A stretch of DNA of 64,000 bases from Granulosicoccus sp. GTDB lineage: Bacteria; Pseudomonadota; Gammaproteobacteria; Granulosicoccales; Granulosicoccaceae. The stretch covers positions 3,324 through 67,323 of the forward strand of contig JALZUD010000079.1 in the NCBI GenBank assembly GCA_023301725.1, given 5' to 3'. Position numbers and translations under genes: made by a program. Position 1 is the first letter of the stretch. The number at the start of each line of letters is the position of its first letter. Shown here one piece after another: positions 61,104 to 64,000 of the stretch. The notes under the pieces are model-generated. The model was not told the origin of the DNA. It saw only the letters and a program-made list of their open reading frames with translations, and did no database searches.

Positions 61104-62321
61104 ATCGCGCTGCCAGCTCTTAAGTTGGCTGATTCTAGCAAGCCGAATTTGCTCGGCTATGTGCGATTTATCCTGAGTGTTTCGAGCCACTGTTGCCGTG
61201 TCAACTGATACGTATACGTTAGCGGCCTCTTCAAGGTAACGTGCTTGTGGGTAGTCGGTTTGCTCTTTGCCCAGACGCCCTCTCGCGTCAGCCGTACAGA
61301 CGGTTAAAAATTGCTTGAAACGCTGTGGTTTGCGCACCACGTCAAGTGATTGAAACAAATCGACCAGCGTGGTGGCTTTTAATTCGAAAGCGCGATGACA
61401 GTGCGTATGGTAGCGAGCTGTCATGATGGCCAAGTCCCGAGGTTTTTTAGGCACTCGTAACCGTTCACACAGATCTTGAGTGAGCAGAGCACCGCGTTCC
61501 TCGTGACCATAATGTGAAGGAAGCAATTCCTTAGGCGTCGTGGCTTTGCCCAGATCGTGGCACAGCGCGGCAAAGCGCGTATCGCTATCGGCATTCAACT
61601 GCGTGGTTTGTTCAAGCACCATCATGGTGTGCAGGTAGCTATCAATTTCCGGATGCCATTGTGCTTTTTGTTCAACACCATGTAGTGCATCAAGCTCTGG
61701 CAAGACGACAGCCAAGGCACCACAGTGTCGAAGGGTGTCGAAAAACGCCCGCGGTTCTTGTGCTGCAAGCGCGCGGTACATTTCCTGCCACACGCGCTCT
61801 GCTACCAGATTGCTGACTTCTCCTTGGTTCACCATGACGCGCATTAACTGTTGTGTTTCGTCGGCAACCGTGAAGCCCAAATGGGCAAATCTAGCCATGA
61901 ATCTGGCAACCCGAAGCACCCTGACCGGATCTTCAACAAACGCCCCTGAGACATGTTTTAGTTGTCGCAGCTCAAGATCGTTGCGGCCACCGTAGGGGTC
62001 AATCAATGTGTTGTTTTGATCTTTGGCAATAGCATTGATGGTTAAGTCCCTTCGGCTCAAATCTTCTTCGAGGGTTACATTTGAGTCGGTATTGAAACTG
62101 AACCCGTGATAGCCACCACCTGTCTTACGCTCGACGCGTGCCAGAGCGTATTCTTCGTGTGAGCTGGGGTGAAGGAACACGGGGAAATCTTTTCCCACCG
62201 GCTTGTAGCCTGCATTCAACATATCATCAGGCGTGCTACCAACCACCACCCAATCGCGATCAATGACCTGCAATCCGAGCAATTCATCGCGTACGGCGCC
62301 GCCGACCAGGTAGGTATTCAC
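61074..62321 (-). CDS. cca: Multifunctional CCA-adding enzyme with HD domain
   Basis: YLVGGAVRD.LLG...DRDWVV, EDL.RRDLTINA, EDP.RVLR.ARF, HPEID, HDLGK. Confidence 0.96.
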   Translation of the reverse strand: MNTYLVGGAVRDELLGLQVIDRDWVVVGSTPDDMLNAGYKPVGKDFPVFLHPSSHEEYALARVERKTGGGYHGFSFNTDSNVTLEEDLSRRDLTINAIAKDQNNTLIDPYGGRNDLELRQLKHVSGAFVEDPVRVLRVARFMARFAHLGFTVADETQQLMRVMVNQGEVSNLVAERVWQEMYRALAAQEPRAFFDTLRHCGALAVVLPELDALHGVEQKAQWHPEIDSYLHTMMVLEQTTQLNADSDTRFAALCHDLGKATTPKELLPSHYGHEERGALLTQDLCERLRVPKKPRDLAIMTARYHTHCHRAFELKATTLVDLFQSLDVVRKPQRFKQFLTVCTADARGRLGKEQTDYPQARYLEEAANVYVSVDTATVARNTQDKSHIAEQIRLARISQLKSWQRDSNPLQDSTH

Positions 62322-62371
62322 GTACGGGTTTTTGTGTAAAAGCGCATAAGGGCAATGTTACACTTAACCGC

Positions 62372-63445
62372 ATGAAGCTACGAATATACACAGTTCTAAT
62401 TCTGGTGGCAGTACCGTTGATAGTCCTCAGTGGTTGTGCCACCGTTGGCTACTACTCTCAGGCCGTGGGTGGTCATCTTAAATTGATGAGTGCGCGTGAA
62501 CCTATTGACGAAGTTCTGGCTAACCCCGAAACGCCAGAGGATCTTCGAGAGAAACTGCAAACACTGATAGATGCTCGGCAGTTTGCAGTATCCACATTGG
62601 GCCTTCCAGACAATGACAGTTACAGCAGCTTTGCTGCCACGGGCAGAGACGCCGTAACCTGGAATGTAGTCGCAGCCCCTGAATTCTCTGTCAGCCCCAA
62701 AACCTGGTGTTTTCCAGTTGCAGGGTGTGTCAGTTATCGTGGGTACTTTGACAGAGCAGACGCTGATGAATACGCAGCTACGCTTGCCAGCGAAAACTTT
62801 GATGTAACGGTAGGTGGAGCATCAGCGTATTCCACACTGGGCTGGTTTGACGATCCCATTCTTGACACTATGCTTCGTGGTTCTGATGTTCGCTATGTGG
62901 GTACGTTGTTCCACGAGCTCGCGCATCAGGTGCTTTATGTCAAAGACGACAGCAACTTCAACGAAGCCTTTGCCTCCTTTGTGGAGCAAGAGGGTATGCG
63001 TCAATGGTTAGAAGAGCGTGGTGAGGCTGAGCGTATAGAGCAATACGATGCTTCCCTGAAACGCGGAGAAGATTTTGTGGCTCTGCTTCGAAAAACCCGG
63101 AATGGTCTTGTTGAGGCGTATGCACAAGATGTCGATGAAGAGACCATGCGTGAGTCGAAATCCGCTGTGTTTGCCACTATGCAAGATGACTATCAGCAGC
63201 TCAAGGTAAACTGGGATGGGTACTCTGGCTATGACAACTGGTTCAAGCGTGATGTCAACAACGCAAGGCTGATAGCCGTTTCTACCTATCGCCGCTTCAT
63301 ACCTGCCTTCCAAGCCATGTACTTGCAAGCGGGTGAAGATATGAATGAGTTCTACAAAATTGCGAAAATCGCGGCAGAGCTACCGCCGGTCGAACGACGT
63401 GAACACCTCAATGCGTATATTGGTGCATTGAGAGCCACGTCTTGA
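62372..63445 (+). CDS. Putative zinc-dependent aminopeptidase lipoprotein
   Basis: LSGC lipobox, WCFPVAGCVSYRGYF, AYSTLGWFDDP, FHELAHQ, FNEAFA. Confidence 0.85.
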   Translation: MKLRIYTVLILVAVPLIVLSGCATVGYYSQAVGGHLKLMSAREPIDEVLANPETPEDLREKLQTLIDARQFAVSTLGLPDNDSYSSFAATGRDAVTWNVVAAPEFSVSPKTWCFPVAGCVSYRGYFDRADADEYAATLASENFDVTVGGASAYSTLGWFDDPILDTMLRGSDVRYVGTLFHELAHQVLYVKDDSNFNEAFASFVEQEGMRQWLEERGEAERIEQYDASLKRGEDFVALLRKTRNGLVEAYAQDVDEETMRESKSAVFATMQDDYQQLKVNWDGYSGYDNWFKRDVNNARLIAVSTYRRFIPAFQAMYLQAGEDMNEFYKIAKIAAELPPVERREHLNAYIGALRATS

Positions 63446-63482
63446 ACTGCTTTTGATTAGGTATTGTAGAGCGTCTAATTTC

Positions 63483-64000
63483 CTAACGACGTGCCTTTGT
63501 ACGTCGCTTCTGCAGTCTGCCAGCCCAATCGGCGGTGCCAAGATAACGCGGCACAACGGCATCTAACGACGTGTTTTGTCGTGTGCAGTCTTCACTGCAC
63601 ACACTAGGTGTTTGTAGTGACAGGTAGTTGTCTCGCGAAAACGGTTTGCCTGGCACAAATTCCATAACGCGTGCTTGCGCTCGCGACGCCCAGTCTGGAA
63701 GCCCGATTACCTTGCGTGTCATGCCAGCGGTGCTTGCGGTGTATTCGACCAACTCTTTGAGCGTGTAATCTTGTGGGCCGCACAATTGAATGGTTGCACC
63801 TTTAGCTTGTGGGTCATCGATAGCGTTGATCATGACGTCGCACACATCACCGACAAAGACCGGGGCCATCATTGCGTCAGGTACGGCCAGAGGGAAAATA
63901 GGCAGCATGCGTAACAAGGCTGCAAAGCGGTTAAAGAATGCGTCGTGTTCACCGAAAATGATAGACGGCTGAAAGTGAGTCCAGCTCAGGCCGGGCGCTT
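63483..64000 (-). CDS. NDUFA9-like NAD-dependent epimerase/SDR (5' part outside window)
   Basis: The frame stays open to the window edge: FQPSIIFGEHDAFFNRFA.LL..P, MAPVFVGDV, LCGPQ.YTL.ELV, PFSRDN. Confidence 0.85.
   Translation of the reverse strand, partial: APGLSWTHFQPSIIFGEHDAFFNRFAALLRMLPIFPLAVPDAMMAPVFVGDVCDVMINAIDDPQAKGATIQLCGPQDYTLKELVEYTASTAGMTRKVIGLPDWASRAQARVMEFVPGKPFSRDNYLSLQTPSVCSEDCTRQNTSLDAVVPRYLGTADWAGRLQKRRTKARR

Overview
Core chromosome of a gammaproteobacterium, roughly 50-55% GC by eye. A marine Chromatiales/Granulosicoccus-like origin is only my impression, not a search result. About 62 CDS are supported: tcdA, sirtuin, rsmE, dnaG, gltB, AAA/SPOR (DamX-like), aroB, aroK, pilMNOPQ, mrcA, hemE, gltD, yqeY, rpsU, tsaD, plsY, a BioC-like methyltransferase, a caa3-type oxidase cluster, nhaR plus a Zn peptidase, a uronate/mannonate TRAP cluster, rpoH-ftsXEY, rsmD, coaD, yfhL, mutM, a Gld-like ABC system, rpmBG, folB, a MidA-like methyltransferase, uppP, cca, an aminopeptidase and a partial NDUFA9-like gene. 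I saw no tRNA, rRNA, CRISPR, integrase or transposase. The most notable signals are non-coding or architectural. (1) A perfect CIRCE operator overlaps a sigmaE-like promoter of rpoH, which suggests HrcA gates sigma32. (2) The conserved mrcA-pil-aro-gltBD-hemE block is circularly permuted, opened between gltB and gltD, and sits between yqeY and dnaG. (3) A phased, inverted GTTGC/GCAAC array lies upstream of gltB, with an echo upstream of the separated gltD. (4) An AGE-family isomerase accompanies uxuA and a TRAP transporter, with no uxaC/uxuB in the cluster. (5) An NhaR-like regulator with orphan A-tract boxes precedes a membrane Zn peptidase. (6) The cox cluster lacks heme A synthase and SCO. 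(7) A REP-like repeat supplies the gltD stop codon. Gene calls are from motif recognition only; several starts were adjusted from the ORF track.
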